Part shown: positions 18,246-27,747 of the stretch, piece by piece
How the letters are laid out: every line of letters starts with the position of its first letter
Position numbering within the stretch: the first letter of the stretch is position 1
NCBI GenBank assembly: GCA_965660355.1
Contig: CBFHZN010000003.1
Location: 40,211 to 104,210 of the forward strand
Reading direction: 5' to 3'
DNA: 64,000 bases
DNA from: Microbacteriaceae bacterium
GTDB taxonomy: Bacteria > Actinomycetota > Actinomycetes > Actinomycetales > Microbacteriaceae
Translations under genes and position numbers: made by a program
Notes under the pieces: generated by a model
Databases searched by the model: none
Told to the model about the DNA's origin: nothing
What the model saw: only the letters and a program-made list of their open reading frames with translations

Positions 18246-18757
18246 TATAATCTTTCTCTAGTGATTTGTACTTTATCCGCAGGAACATAAATAGTTTTAC
18301 AAATTATAGATACACTTGTACCAAAACCATCTAATCCTGGATTTAATGGGTTGGGTTCATATGGGAATGCAGGGTTTTTACCAGCAAAGAATTGGTTAGC
18401 ATTTGTGGATTCTACCTCATAATATCCTTCATTATACATTATGATATCTCCTACCTCAGGTACTAATTGTGCATCAACTAAATCATCCCTAAAGAATTTA
18501 TATGTTATACCCCATTGAAAATCAACCCCATTTAAATCATCAGTTGGGAATTCTTGTGCATCTCTTTGTATTAAAGCATTTAATATAACGGGCTCAAAGT
18601 AATGTCTTGCTCCAGAGGCTTCCCCATACATGTTTACTTTAGTTTCATTTAATTTTAACTTATAGTATACACATTGTTGGGTGATTATATCCCACATCAA
18701 CTCACGGTTGATTCCTCTAAATAATGAGATGTCGCGTTTTCCGCCAAAGAGAGCCAT
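18245..18757 (-). CDS. Neck protein, T4 gp14-like
   Basis: 170 aa, between the gp13-like and gp15-like genes. ..GDIIMYNEGYYEVES.. is reminiscent of gp14. The call is mainly synteny-based. Confidence 0.45.
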   Translation of the reverse strand: MALFGGKRDISLFRGINRELMWDIITQQCVYYKLKLNETKVNMYGEASGARHYFEPVILNALIQRDAQEFPTDDLNGVDFQWGITYKFFRDDLVDAQLVPEVGDIIMYNEGYYEVESTNANQFFAGKNPAFPYEPNPLNPGLDGFGTSVSIICKTIYVPADKVQITRERL

Positions 18758-18758
18758 A

Positions 18759-19910
18759 TTATCCTACGTAAATTGTCATTGGGACTTGTCCTAAAGATTT
18801 ATTTTGAGCATCTCCTTCAGCTGCTTTTTTTTCAAGTAGCCCCTTTCTAGAAGTCTCATCAAAATATTTCCTTAATCTTTCTATTAAAGCTGTTTTTTCT
18901 GTAGTAGCAGCCGATATTAAATCCCCCTGATTTAAAGTTATTTCTGAATCAGGGATTGGGATGTTTTGATATTTACCTCTAACGTATCCTAATATTTCCT
19001 TAGCTATGGCCAATCCGTACTCAAATATCCATTGTCTACCAATGGAATTAATGCGTGAATATTGGGGGTTAATATAAGGAACATTAGAAACGTTGGTTAT
19101 TATATCTTGACCGTTTCTATCAATGTAAGGTTGGTTTGTTTCGTTTAATTTTACATAATGAAAATTTAAAGTATGTATACGATTTGTTTGTGGGATAGGG
19201 AATATCCTTAATTGGTTATTTACTAACTCAAATGAATATTGTGATTTACGAATTTGATCGTTAAATTCAATAGCCTGTATTTTTGCTATATCATAACTAA
19301 TAGGCATCATCATAAAGTTAATAGCAGGGGAGAATGATCCCCATCCAAAACTATCCATTAATCCCATCATACCCGTACCTGTACCGGCATATGGGTCAAA
19401 ATAACGAGTAATGGGAGGTGGTGCTTCATAAAATACTCTTTTAATCTCTATTCTACCTTGTATTCCATTATCTAATGCCCACTGATTCATATCATAATTC
19501 TGTTGACGTGAGTTTAAAGCGATTGACCCTGTGTGGTATGTTACTGTACCACCAACCCCTGCTTCTGTTCCATATTGGTTTGATAAACGAACTATCTCTG
19601 ATAGATTTTCATTTACTAACTCATTATTTGCGGGTGATATAGTTTGAGAGGCTCCCTGGAAGCTTAGTAGGTTATCAGCAATTTGTGAAGCATATAGTTC
19701 ATTACCATAGGTAGTGGTAGCTTCTTCAAGAGCAGTATAAAAGTTTATATCCTGTAATTCTATATCTACTAAAGGATATCCTAATCTTTGAGAAGCAAAT
19801 CTCGCAAATTTATCAGCATCTTGTTGAAATTGTAATTCGTTATCATAAAACCCAAATGGAGTATTTCCAGGGGTAAATGAACTTGAACCCGGCCAAATTG
19901 GAATGTTCAT
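18759..19910 (-). CDS. Neck/head-completion protein, T4 gp13-like
   Basis: 383 aa. N-terminal ..RLGYPLVDIELQDINFYTALEEATTTYGNELY resembles the gp13 N-terminal motif (RRLGAP.INVEL....Y......LE.Y). Confidence 0.55.
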   Translation of the reverse strand: MNIPIWPGSSSFTPGNTPFGFYDNELQFQQDADKFARFASQRLGYPLVDIELQDINFYTALEEATTTYGNELYASQIADNLLSFQGASQTISPANNELVNENLSEIVRLSNQYGTEAGVGGTVTYHTGSIALNSRQQNYDMNQWALDNGIQGRIEIKRVFYEAPPPITRYFDPYAGTGTGMMGLMDSFGWGSFSPAINFMMMPISYDIAKIQAIEFNDQIRKSQYSFELVNNQLRIFPIPQTNRIHTLNFHYVKLNETNQPYIDRNGQDIITNVSNVPYINPQYSRINSIGRQWIFEYGLAIAKEILGYVRGKYQNIPIPDSEITLNQGDLISAATTEKTALIERLRKYFDETSRKGLLEKKAAEGDAQNKSLGQVPMTIYVG

Positions 19911-19914
19911 ATTG

Positions 19915-20367
19915 TTAAGAGTTTACTACAGTATATTCTATATCAATTGAGGATGATATAGGATGTACTTGGATTAATTCAATTGTATCATTAAATACTC
20001 CCCCATTTGTTAAAAAATCTAATGATGAATTTACACTAGATAATAATATAGTGGATTTTGGTTTTACCTCATGAGTAAAATCCCCACTTGAGCCACTTAA
20101 TATTAAAGCAGCACTATATTGAGTATCTAAATTTGTTACTCTAATATATTCAATACTACTTGAAACGAATGTACCTGCTCCGGGTGAAGGGGGGGTAGTT
20201 TTTATTATATCAGTTGATACATCACCGGGACATGTTAATATTCTATGATCTACATTTGTTATGTTTTCTATAGAATGAATTACTTCATGTTTGATAACAT
20301 TATTTCTAACTACCCGTTCTTCGGTAATTGTTATATTAAAAGTTGTAGGGGTTAGGGATGAAGCCAT
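19915..20367 (-). CDS. Hypothetical virion-module protein
   Basis: 150 aa Ser/Thr-rich ORF between PhoH and the gp13-like gene, preceded by the 10-mer. Confidence 0.5.
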   Translation of the reverse strand: MASSLTPTTFNITITEERVVRNNVIKHEVIHSIENITNVDHRILTCPGDVSTDIIKTTPPSPGAGTFVSSSIEYIRVTNLDTQYSAALILSGSSGDFTHEVKPKSTILLSSVNSSLDFLTNGGVFNDTIELIQVHPISSSIDIEYTVVNS

Positions 20368-20379
20368 TTCAATATTTTA

Positions 20380-20389
20380 TTATAAATAT
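20380..20389 (-). promoter_or_regulatory. Conserved 10-mer TTATAAATAT (plus)
   Basis: Exact copy 12 nt upstream of the ATG at 20367. Confidence 0.45.
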
Positions 20390-20391
20390 TA

Positions 20392-21090
20392 TTAACTTCT
20401 AAAAGTTTTATAAACATCCAAAATTGAATCAACTATTGTGTGTCTGTGGTTTTTTTCTAAAGTGGTTAAATTAAACCCCTCTATTGAGGACATATGCCGG
20501 CACATGAAATCAAAACCAGAATCTTTTTTATATTTTAAGTCAATTTGGGCATTATCACCACAAAATATTACTTTTGAGCCTTTACATATTCTTGTCAATA
20601 TGAGTTCGGTTTGGGTATCTGTTAGATTTTGTGATTCATCAACTACAACTAAACAATCAGTAAAGTTTCTACCTCTCATAAAAGAAATAGGTACTATCTC
20701 AATTAACCCATCTTCAATGCACTTTTCTATTTTTACTTTGTTATATAAACGGTGCATATTTTCATACACTGGGGCTGTAAAAGGGGCTAATTTCTCATTG
20801 ATATCACCGGGTAAAAAGCCAATATCCTCACCTGCTACTACAGTTGGACGTGTGATAATTATCTTTTCTATTTCTTTTCGGAATAGTAAATCTAAAGCTA
20901 TATTGGCTGCTAAAAGGGATTTACCTGATCCTGCTTTGCCTTTTAAAACTGATACGGTATTATTTAATACTTCGGCCTTGGCAAGTTTTTGCTCTTCATT
21001 TAATTGAAGTTTGAATTTTATTGGACCTTTTGGTTTACGTTTCCCTTTAAAAGTTTCTTGTGCCTCTGGGGTTCTATTAAAATCTGTCAT
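20392..21090 (-). CDS. phoH: PhoH-like ATPase
   Basis: 232 aa. Walker A GKAGSGKSLLA, Walker B VVVDESQN, then ..FCGDNAQIDL.. as in the PhoH family. Confidence 0.85.
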   Translation of the reverse strand: MTDFNRTPEAQETFKGKRKPKGPIKFKLQLNEEQKLAKAEVLNNTVSVLKGKAGSGKSLLAANIALDLLFRKEIEKIIITRPTVVAGEDIGFLPGDINEKLAPFTAPVYENMHRLYNKVKIEKCIEDGLIEIVPISFMRGRNFTDCLVVVDESQNLTDTQTELILTRICKGSKVIFCGDNAQIDLKYKKDSGFDFMCRHMSSIEGFNLTTLEKNHRHTIVDSILDVYKTFRS

Positions 21091-21104
21091 GAAACTATAT
21101 TTGT

Positions 21105-21114
21105 TTATAAATAT
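21105..21114 (-). promoter_or_regulatory. Conserved 10-mer TTATAAATAT (plus)
   Basis: Exact copy 14 nt upstream of the phoH ATG and downstream of the MCP terminator. Confidence 0.45.
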
Positions 21115-21123
21115 ACATTATGA

Positions 21124-21152
21124 TACAAAAAAGCCTGACTTTCGCCAGGCTT
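21124..21152 (-). terminator. Rho-independent terminator after the major capsid gene
   Basis: Minus strand reads AAGCCTG-GCGAAAGT-CAGGCTT followed by TTTTTTG. Lies 28 nt after the MCP stop. Confidence 0.7.
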
Positions 21153-21179
21153 CTTAATTTATTATAATTTTACTTTCTA

Positions 21180-22817
21180 TTATAGAGAAGCTAAATTATT
21201 TACAAAGATACGACCGTAAAATTCAGGTCTGATCATTTTCTTCGCGTAACGAGTAAGTAACCCTTTACGTGGAGTAAATGAGTCTGGATCGTATACAAGT
21301 GGTGTCATGATTAATGGCACATATGGAGAGAATACAGCTCCTGTTTCCAAGAATTGATTTCCTCTATAACCCATTAATATAACATTTTCTGTCATGTATG
21401 GGTTCTTGTATACTTGGTAACGGTTGTTTAGGTTACCTGATTTTTGGATACCAAATGCGTAGTTCATTTTTGTAGCCTCACCATCAGAAGTTGCTGCGAA
21501 TCCAGGGATTGATTCTAATACAGTAGATACTGAAGGAGATACTACCATGAAGTTTGCACCACCTCTAAGAGTCTTTTGGTGAATCTTATTTGATACTTTT
21601 TGCATTTTAGTTCCTAAAGTTTGGAACCATTGACCTTGAGTATTAAAATACCCTAAATCATCTTCCCAAGCGGTTCTAGTATCATTTAAGTAGTTGTTAG
21701 ATTTAACTGACCAATATTCATCAGAAGCTGATGCGTCTTTAATCAACATATCAAGGTTTTCTAAGTCAATCTCTAAAGAGATATACTCACTCATGATATT
21801 TGTTAATTCAGCTTCTGCATCTAATGATTGGTAAGCATTTAAATCTTGTGCAAACTCAGGAGTCCATTGTGTTTTTAACTTACGTGTTTTAGCCACGATA
21901 GCCTCTGATTTCATTTTGATATCAATCTCTGGGATTGCTATATCACTTGCGGATTGTGCATTTGGGAAACCTGCACCATTGTTATCTTCAAAATCACCAC
22001 GAGCATTATCTGCTGGTTGAACATTGTAGAATAGGTCTGCTGTTCCTGTGATTGATGAACCTGACTCAAATACAAATATTACTGTACCTGGAGCTCCAAC
22101 TGTAGTGTATTCTGGGAGAATATTTGCTGGGTTTACATCTGATCCACTGATAGAGAATGCTCTAACACCTTTTAAATCAGCATTAGATGGCAAATCTACT
22201 GTAACTGCTGTTAAATCACCTGCTGCTATTGAAGCTGATAATTCAGCATCATAGTTTACTTGTGACCAATCAGCTGATGCTGATGTGAATGATGACCCTG
22301 TGCTAAATTGGTTAATTGAGTACGCAAATCTACCTGCTCCATATAAACCTCCTGTTGGGTCGTTTGCAGCACCTGGGTTTGTGTCTCCATATAATGAATC
22401 ACCACCATCGTATACGTTTCCTGATCCACCTCCAAAGTTTAATTGTTTGTTTTGACCAAACTGGAAGTCAAGGAAAAATACAAGACCTGAAGGTAAGTTC
22501 ATTGGTTGAACTGACATAAATTCTTTAGTAGATAAGTTACCAAATACTTTACGCACCATTGGTAGAGCTACACCAGCCCACTGTTCACCTTGTCCTACTT
22601 GGAAAGTACCACCACCAATATTTGTAGCAGAAGCCTCAGTTACAAGTTGTTTTGCTTGATTTTCTAGAATAAGTGCCATATTGTTACGGTTGATCTCTGT
22701 ATCAAGACCCTCTAACAATCCTGTCTTATTCCACTTTGCTGCTACTCTAGCAGCATCACTCTGCTTATTTTTCCATTCGGAAGCAGAGTCATTAAGTAAT
22801 GAATTAATTGTTGACAT
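21180..22817 (-). CDS. Major capsid protein, T4 gp23-like
   Basis: 545 aa. KWNKTGLLEGL..ILENQAKQL, ..PMVRKVFGNL..SVQPMN.PSG.VF.., and ..AKTRKLKTQWTPEFAQDLNAY..DAEAEL..EI.. match recalled gp23-family blocks. Confidence 0.9.
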   Translation of the reverse strand: MSTINSLLNDSASEWKNKQSDAARVAAKWNKTGLLEGLDTEINRNNMALILENQAKQLVTEASATNIGGGTFQVGQGEQWAGVALPMVRKVFGNLSTKEFMSVQPMNLPSGLVFFLDFQFGQNKQLNFGGGSGNVYDGGDSLYGDTNPGAANDPTGGLYGAGRFAYSINQFSTGSSFTSASADWSQVNYDAELSASIAAGDLTAVTVDLPSNADLKGVRAFSISGSDVNPANILPEYTTVGAPGTVIFVFESGSSITGTADLFYNVQPADNARGDFEDNNGAGFPNAQSASDIAIPEIDIKMKSEAIVAKTRKLKTQWTPEFAQDLNAYQSLDAEAELTNIMSEYISLEIDLENLDMLIKDASASDEYWSVKSNNYLNDTRTAWEDDLGYFNTQGQWFQTLGTKMQKVSNKIHQKTLRGGANFMVVSPSVSTVLESIPGFAATSDGEATKMNYAFGIQKSGNLNNRYQVYKNPYMTENVILMGYRGNQFLETGAVFSPYVPLIMTPLVYDPDSFTPRKGLLTRYAKKMIRPEFYGRIFVNNLASL

Positions 22818-22839
22818 TTGTTTTTTGTTTGTTTTTTAG

Positions 22840-23973
22840 TTAATGTTTTGGGTTATAAAAAGCCAATTCTCTCATTCTAGAAAACTTATCATCCGTTATG
22901 ATAGGTGACTTAGCATTTTCAGTAATGATTGATTTTGAAGCACTTCCTAAACTTTCTTTAACGGTTTTTCCTGTTTTTTGTTTCAAACCTTCGATTAATG
23001 TTTCATAAACTAGTTTGGTTTCTTTTACATTAGTAGCGTTATCAAAAGCATTTAGTACTTTAACTTTTTGTGATTCATTTAAGTTTTTAGACTTAAACAC
23101 TTTATTTGTGTAAAGAAGTTTTGCGTTTAATAAATTTACTTCATTTAAATCTTTACGAAGGGATTCAATTGTTGAATGTGCTTCTTCAAGATCACTTGAT
23201 GGAGATTCTTCAGCTTCTTTAGCAAGACGTTCCATTTCTGCTTTTAATTCTTTAGCACTTTTAGCTTTTGCTAAACGTGATCTAATTGCATTAACTGCAA
23301 ATCCAGTTGCTATTGCTAGAGCTGGGGCTATCATAGATATGATAGCTTCAGTATCGTTCAACCCAAAAGAAAATTCTTGAAGATCTTCTTTTTCTTCATA
23401 AACTTCTTCTTCTTCGATTTCTTTTAAAAGTTCTTCGATATCTACCATTCCACTTTCATCTTCCATTTCTTCTTCTTCACCTTCTGTATCACCAGATTCT
23501 AATTCACCTGATTCTACCATGTCGGAAATTACATCTTCGATCATTTTTTTAAGATCTTCATCTGTCATATCCTCTAGATCAAGTGGTTCACCTTCTTCTT
23601 CTTCTTCAGATTCTTCTGATTCATCATCTTCTGATTCATCATCTTCTGATTCATCTTCAGCTTCTTCAGCTTCATTTAAAGGTTCTTCTTCTTCATCTAG
23701 TTCTGCTAATAGTTCATCTAGATCTAACTCTTCCTCTTCAATATCTTCTACTTCTTCTACGTTTCCATGAGCCGTAGGGCCTTCTGGATCCATGTCTGAA
23801 TATGCTTCATTTGTTTCTTCTTCTTCCATTTCTTGAAGTTTTGCAGAAAGCATTTCTTTGATACGTGGAGTAAATGATTCTTCTAGAGCGCTTTTAGCAT
23901 TTGCTATTGCCATTTCTTTTACGGCTTTAGCTTCTGCGATTGCTTCTTTAAGCAATTCTCTGTTTGTTGCCAT
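22840..23973 (-). CDS. Prohead scaffolding protein (gp22-like by position), hyperacidic
   Basis: 377 aa between the protease and MCP genes. Coiled-coil ends and a central D/E tract of about 130 aa. N-terminus MATNRELLKEAIAEAK. Confidence 0.7.
   Translation of the reverse strand: MATNRELLKEAIAEAKAVKEMAIANAKSALEESFTPRIKEMLSAKLQEMEEEETNEAYSDMDPEGPTAHGNVEEVEDIEEEELDLDELLAELDEEEEPLNEAEEAEDESEDDESEDDESEESEEEEEGEPLDLEDMTDEDLKKMIEDVISDMVESGELESGDTEGEEEEMEDESGMVDIEELLKEIEEEEVYEEKEDLQEFSFGLNDTEAIISMIAPALAIATGFAVNAIRSRLAKAKSAKELKAEMERLAKEAEESPSSDLEEAHSTIESLRKDLNEVNLLNAKLLYTNKVFKSKNLNESQKVKVLNAFDNATNVKETKLVYETLIEGLKQKTGKTVKESLGSASKSIITENAKSPIITDDKFSRMRELAFYNPKH
23611..23670 (-). repeat. Short tandem repeat (about 15 nt units) inside the scaffold gene encoding ESEDDESEDDESEE
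   Basis: ttctgattcatcatc repeated 2.8 times on the plus strand. Confidence 0.7.
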
Positions 23974-24043
23974 TTTCCTAAATTTGTTTTTTGTTGGGAA
24001 AGTACGTTTATTGAATAATAACGTAATAGTTTTTATTTATTTT

Positions 24044-24072
24044 GATGTCACATAGATATGTGAGGTGACATA
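24044..24072 (-). promoter_or_regulatory. Nested palindrome in the long leader upstream of the scaffold-MCP genes
   Basis: ATGTCAC-(13 nt)-GTGACAT with an inner CACATA-GA-TATGTG. Lies between the terminator at 24114..24140 and the ATG at 23973. Confidence 0.3.
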
Positions 24073-24113
24073 TTCAGATGATACATATATGGAAAGGGGG
24101 TAAAAGTCGCAGA

Positions 24114-24140
24114 GACAAAAAAAGCTCTCAAAAAGAGAGC
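24114..24140 (-). terminator. Rho-independent terminator after the prohead protease gene
   Basis: Minus strand reads GCTCTC-TTTTT-GAGAGC followed by TTTTTTTG. Confidence 0.6.
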
Positions 24141-24165
24141 AATTTTGTTTTAAGTTTTTATAAAA

Positions 24166-24798
24166 TTATAATATAGGACATGATCCTTTAGCACATAGTA
24201 TTTCTGTTATTAATGCATTTGTGCGGGCATATTTATGTAAGAATGTAGATTGGGATTCGTTTAGTTGGCCGTTCTTCATCCATGAATTAGGGTTGGATGG
24301 GTTAGAAACTAAATCCCATGTTAACAATTCAAAATCATCTTGTACCTCCATTACCTCACCCATTTGCTTTAATGAGCCCATTCCACGTGAGGAAACTCCT
24401 AATGTTAACCCATTTCGAATTAAAGCACCAGCAATGCGACCTGCATCTGTACCTAGGGGTCCTGGATCTGCAAATATTTCTATGGTTCCCATTATGTTAT
24501 CTCCATCCCACCAAAGTTTACGTATAGCATGGGAGGAGTTTTGGAGGTTGATTATTTGGGATTCTGGGTGGTCTAGTTCTCCACAGGTTTCAGTAGATTT
24601 TTGGGATATTTTTTCATTGAATTTTTTTAATTCTCTTTCCCATAAATCTCTTTTATAGTATCTACCGTTACCATTTTTTACCTCAACTGTTGCTAATATA
24701 CCCTCAACAATTATGTTACCACCACTTTTTATCCCCTCTGCTAATTGGATGGGGTTTGGGTGGAACTTTTGGGTTTCTATTAAAAATTCTTTTTCCAT
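24166..24798 (-). CDS. Prohead core protease, T4 gp21-like (peptidase U9/S77 family)
   Basis: 210 aa. FLIETQ.., ..EVKNGNGRYY.., GELDHP, KLWWDG, and GVSSRGMGSL mirror recalled gp21 blocks (LLIET, GELNHP, MWWKG, GVSSRGLGSL). Confidence 0.85.
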   Translation of the reverse strand: MEKEFLIETQKFHPNPIQLAEGIKSGGNIIVEGILATVEVKNGNGRYYKRDLWERELKKFNEKISQKSTETCGELDHPESQIINLQNSSHAIRKLWWDGDNIMGTIEIFADPGPLGTDAGRIAGALIRNGLTLGVSSRGMGSLKQMGEVMEVQDDFELLTWDLVSNPSNPNSWMKNGQLNESQSTFLHKYARTNALITEILCAKGSCPIL

Positions 24799-26186
24799 TA
24801 TATGTCGTAATCAAGTCCTAAATCATATCCTTCTAAAAACTCTACTATTTCTTCCTCATAGTTTGGAAATGAAGCAGCTATTGTTGGGATTGAATCTATA
24901 TCACCCCCCACATCAGCAAATTTTTCAACTACTTGGTTTAATATATCTTGTGGTAGATTCTCTTCATTTTCAAACATTTCAGTAGTTTTTTTAGAAATAT
25001 TATCTACTGTTGTATCAATATCATCCAATGATGCTTTTACTTTATCTATCTTTTGATCATCAATTGCCTCCTCAATAGGTTCATCTTCATCAATTATCTT
25101 ACTTTTAGCAGGTTTATCCTTTTTAGATAATTGTTTTTCGATTTTTGCTTTTGCTTTTCCTAAAGTTTTGATGTCTTTTTGAATTTGTTTTACTTTATTT
25201 TTATCTGTTAAAGCTTTCATATCTTCATCTTCATCTAAACGATTAAGTTGAGATTGACGCTTTTCCATTGCGGCTTCTATTTTTTCTAATTTTGTATCTA
25301 AGATTTCCATCTCAGCTTCCTTGTTAATAGCCGCTAGTTCTTTTTCAACAGATTCTCTAATAACTTTACGTAACTTAGATTCATTTATATTCTCAGGGAA
25401 TGCACTAGCAATAATACTATCAATTAGCTTTTGATCAACCTCTTGATCCTCTAAATAATTATATGCCTCATCTTCAGACATTTGGTTTGAAGCTATTATA
25501 CTTATGTAGTGGTCTGGTGTATTTGAGTCAAGTTTAGTTAGCTCTTTATCAACCATTTCACGAACTACTTTACGTAATTTAGATTCCTTTAAATCACCAT
25601 ATCCTGATGCTTTATATTTTCCTTTAGCTTCTTCTGGTGTTCCTAAACCAGGTGCTTCAGTTTGATATCCTAACCCCTTAACTCCAAATTGTCCATCTTC
25701 GGTATAGTGGATAGGATTTTTTTCTAGGTTTTTATATACAATGGATTTTAATTCTCCCATTGTTTTCCCCTCGTTTTTAGGATCACACATTTCAGCATAA
25801 TACCCCTTCATTACTTGATCAAAAATCAAATTATCATGGTTGGTTTTATCTGAGGTATCGAATCCATGAGATAAATTATCATCAACTTGTTTTGATGGTT
25901 TTTTTAACTCGGCTTTTTCCTCTTCCTCTTGAGATTCTTTTAAAAAGTTTTGGAAAGCTACCTCGTATGGGGTTTTAGCGGTTGATTCTATACCGTTTAT
26001 AGGTTCAAGGTTTACTATATTTTCAGAAATTACACTTTTACCCTTTAAAACATTCACAACCTCTGAATATGTAGCTGCGTTACGGATAAAGTTAGGGAAT
26101 TGATGTTTTGCTTCTTTTATAAAGACATCCTTGTGTCCTTTTCCTTCCTTAATAAGTAAATATTGATCTTGAAGTGTTTTTTTCAT
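24798..26186 (-). CDS. Hypothetical head-module protein (prohead core candidate)
   Basis: 462 aa between the portal and protease genes. Internal duplication ESKLRKVVREMVDKEL / ESKLRKVIRESVEKEL. N-terminus ..YLLIKEG. Confidence 0.5.
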   Translation of the reverse strand: MKKTLQDQYLLIKEGKGHKDVFIKEAKHQFPNFIRNAATYSEVVNVLKGKSVISENIVNLEPINGIESTAKTPYEVAFQNFLKESQEEEEKAELKKPSKQVDDNLSHGFDTSDKTNHDNLIFDQVMKGYYAEMCDPKNEGKTMGELKSIVYKNLEKNPIHYTEDGQFGVKGLGYQTEAPGLGTPEEAKGKYKASGYGDLKESKLRKVVREMVDKELTKLDSNTPDHYISIIASNQMSEDEAYNYLEDQEVDQKLIDSIIASAFPENINESKLRKVIRESVEKELAAINKEAEMEILDTKLEKIEAAMEKRQSQLNRLDEDEDMKALTDKNKVKQIQKDIKTLGKAKAKIEKQLSKKDKPAKSKIIDEDEPIEEAIDDQKIDKVKASLDDIDTTVDNISKKTTEMFENEENLPQDILNQVVEKFADVGGDIDSIPTIAASFPNYEEEIVEFLEGYDLGLDYDI

Positions 26187-26860
26187 TATTGTTCAGTTAA
26201 AATTCTTTTTATATCTTGTAGGTAACTTTTTGTGATTTCTATAGGTGAATTTATATCGTATGAACCTGGGTTTCCACCAAATAGGGTTGCTGTTTCATTC
26301 TTTGCATTTGAGATTAAAGGTGTAATTTCATTTAAAAGCTTTTCTATATCCTCTATACTTTGCAATCTTTGTTTTTGAAAATCATTCATTTCACTTAAAA
26401 CCTCATCCTCCCATAAGTCTATTTTATCAAAGGATTTGGGTTTAGTTTTTGGGATGTCTTTGTATCCTAATTTATAATAGTATTTCTTAGCACCCTTTTT
26501 ACTATATGCTTTAGGTGTTGCGTATTGTGCACCTTTCCCAGAGGAAATAGAAGCACCTCCTTGGGAAGTAGAAGATGCTTCATCAATTTCCCCATATTTT
26601 TTTAATAATCTTGAGTATTTATTTCTTAAAGTTTTAGCTATTTTTAATAATTCCTCTGATTGGCTAGTTTGGACTCTTCTTTGTACTTTTTCTAATTGAG
26701 TAACTACATCATTAATATCTTTATATAATCTTTGAAGGTCAGGTTTATACTCTACTGCCCATGTAGTAGAATTAGTTATAGGATCAAGTTTGGTTTGTTT
26801 TGTTATAAAATCCCTTGCTTCTGCAATTGTTGAAAAAATATTTTCTTTAATTAGAGCCAT
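26186..26860 (-). CDS. Hypothetical head-module protein
   Basis: 224 aa, start/stop overlap with its neighbours. N-terminus MALIKEN. Confidence 0.5.
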   Translation of the reverse strand: MALIKENIFSTIAEARDFITKQTKLDPITNSTTWAVEYKPDLQRLYKDINDVVTQLEKVQRRVQTSQSEELLKIAKTLRNKYSRLLKKYGEIDEASSTSQGGASISSGKGAQYATPKAYSKKGAKKYYYKLGYKDIPKTKPKSFDKIDLWEDEVLSEMNDFQKQRLQSIEDIEKLLNEITPLISNAKNETATLFGGNPGSYDINSPIEITKSYLQDIKRILTEQ

Positions 26861-27707
26861 TTACTATTTTTAATTCGTTTACTAAATCACAATATTGTAG
26901 TAAATCTATTAAATCATTATCCCTAAGTTTAGTTTGTTTGTTAGGTATCTTGATAATAGATACTATCTCATTAATTTTTATTTTTGTAACCTCATTAGTA
27001 GTTTTTTTATTTAACTCTAACAATTCATTTTTTATCTCATTAGTTTTTGTAATGTAAAAATCTTTTAGTTTGGTAGTATTATCAATCGAATTTATATATT
27101 CTTTTAAGATGTTTTTTTGATTTGTAGATAAATTTTCATACTTCCCATTAAATTTATCTACCATAATTCTATAAGTTAGTAATTTAGTATCCTTATCACT
27201 ATCATTAAATTCTTTTATAACATCATTTTCTACATTTTTAGTTTTAATGTCAGGAATAGAAAGATGTTCTAATATTGTTACTTTATTTTGAATTATCTGT
27301 TGGGGGTTTTTTAATGGGGAATTTTCAATTTCTATTAGTGTGTAGAATGCAGCGTATGTTTTATAATTGGGGAGTTGATGGTTAAAAAATACGTTTAAAT
27401 CATAATGTTTTCTGAGTTCTGATATAATGTTGTATTTTTGTCGTTTAAGTGCTCCCCTATTAAGTAATTTGGAGTTTTCTAACAATGTTGAAAGTACCAG
27501 GCTAGCCTTAGCTTCTGATAGGTTAGTGCGTTTTGTTAGGGATTCATAAAGTTTGTATTCTCTCCCAAGTTCTGATTTTACAAAATACTTTTGGAGTATG
27601 TCTCTGGCAGGGGAGGGATTATCCTCTAAGGTATCAGTTGTTATTTGACGTACTAAAAGTTCGAATAATATGCCTGTGTTTTTGTACTTTGAATGTTTTA
27701 TACGCAT
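26847..27707 (-). CDS. Hypothetical head-module protein
   Basis: 286 aa ORF just downstream of the portal gene, with the 10-mer upstream. Confidence 0.5.
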   Translation of the reverse strand: MRIKHSKYKNTGILFELLVRQITTDTLEDNPSPARDILQKYFVKSELGREYKLYESLTKRTNLSEAKASLVLSTLLENSKLLNRGALKRQKYNIISELRKHYDLNVFFNHQLPNYKTYAAFYTLIEIENSPLKNPQQIIQNKVTILEHLSIPDIKTKNVENDVIKEFNDSDKDTKLLTYRIMVDKFNGKYENLSTNQKNILKEYINSIDNTTKLKDFYITKTNEIKNELLELNKKTTNEVTKIKINEIVSIIKIPNKQTKLRDNDLIDLLQYCDLVNELKIVNGSN

Positions 27708-27726
27708 CCTAAAAGGTTTGATTTAT

Positions 27727-27736
27727 TTATAAATAT
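27727..27736 (-). promoter_or_regulatory. Conserved 10-mer TTATAAATAT (plus)
   Basis: Exact copy 19 nt upstream of the ATG at 27707. Confidence 0.45.
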
Positions 27737-27747
27737 ACGAAGAGTTA

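Noticed and set aside
21180-22817. Predicting the exact maturation cleavage site of the major capsid protein (for example after ..QLVTE)
   Set aside because: The nearest candidate has Val rather than Leu/Ile at P3 and cannot be judged from sequence alone, so I left it out of the findings.
23519-23777. Plus-strand Ser-rich and Leu/His-rich ORFs (83 and 64 aa)
   Set aside because: These are antisense readings of the GAA/GAT-rich acidic tract of the scaffold gene, so they are a pure repeat artefact.
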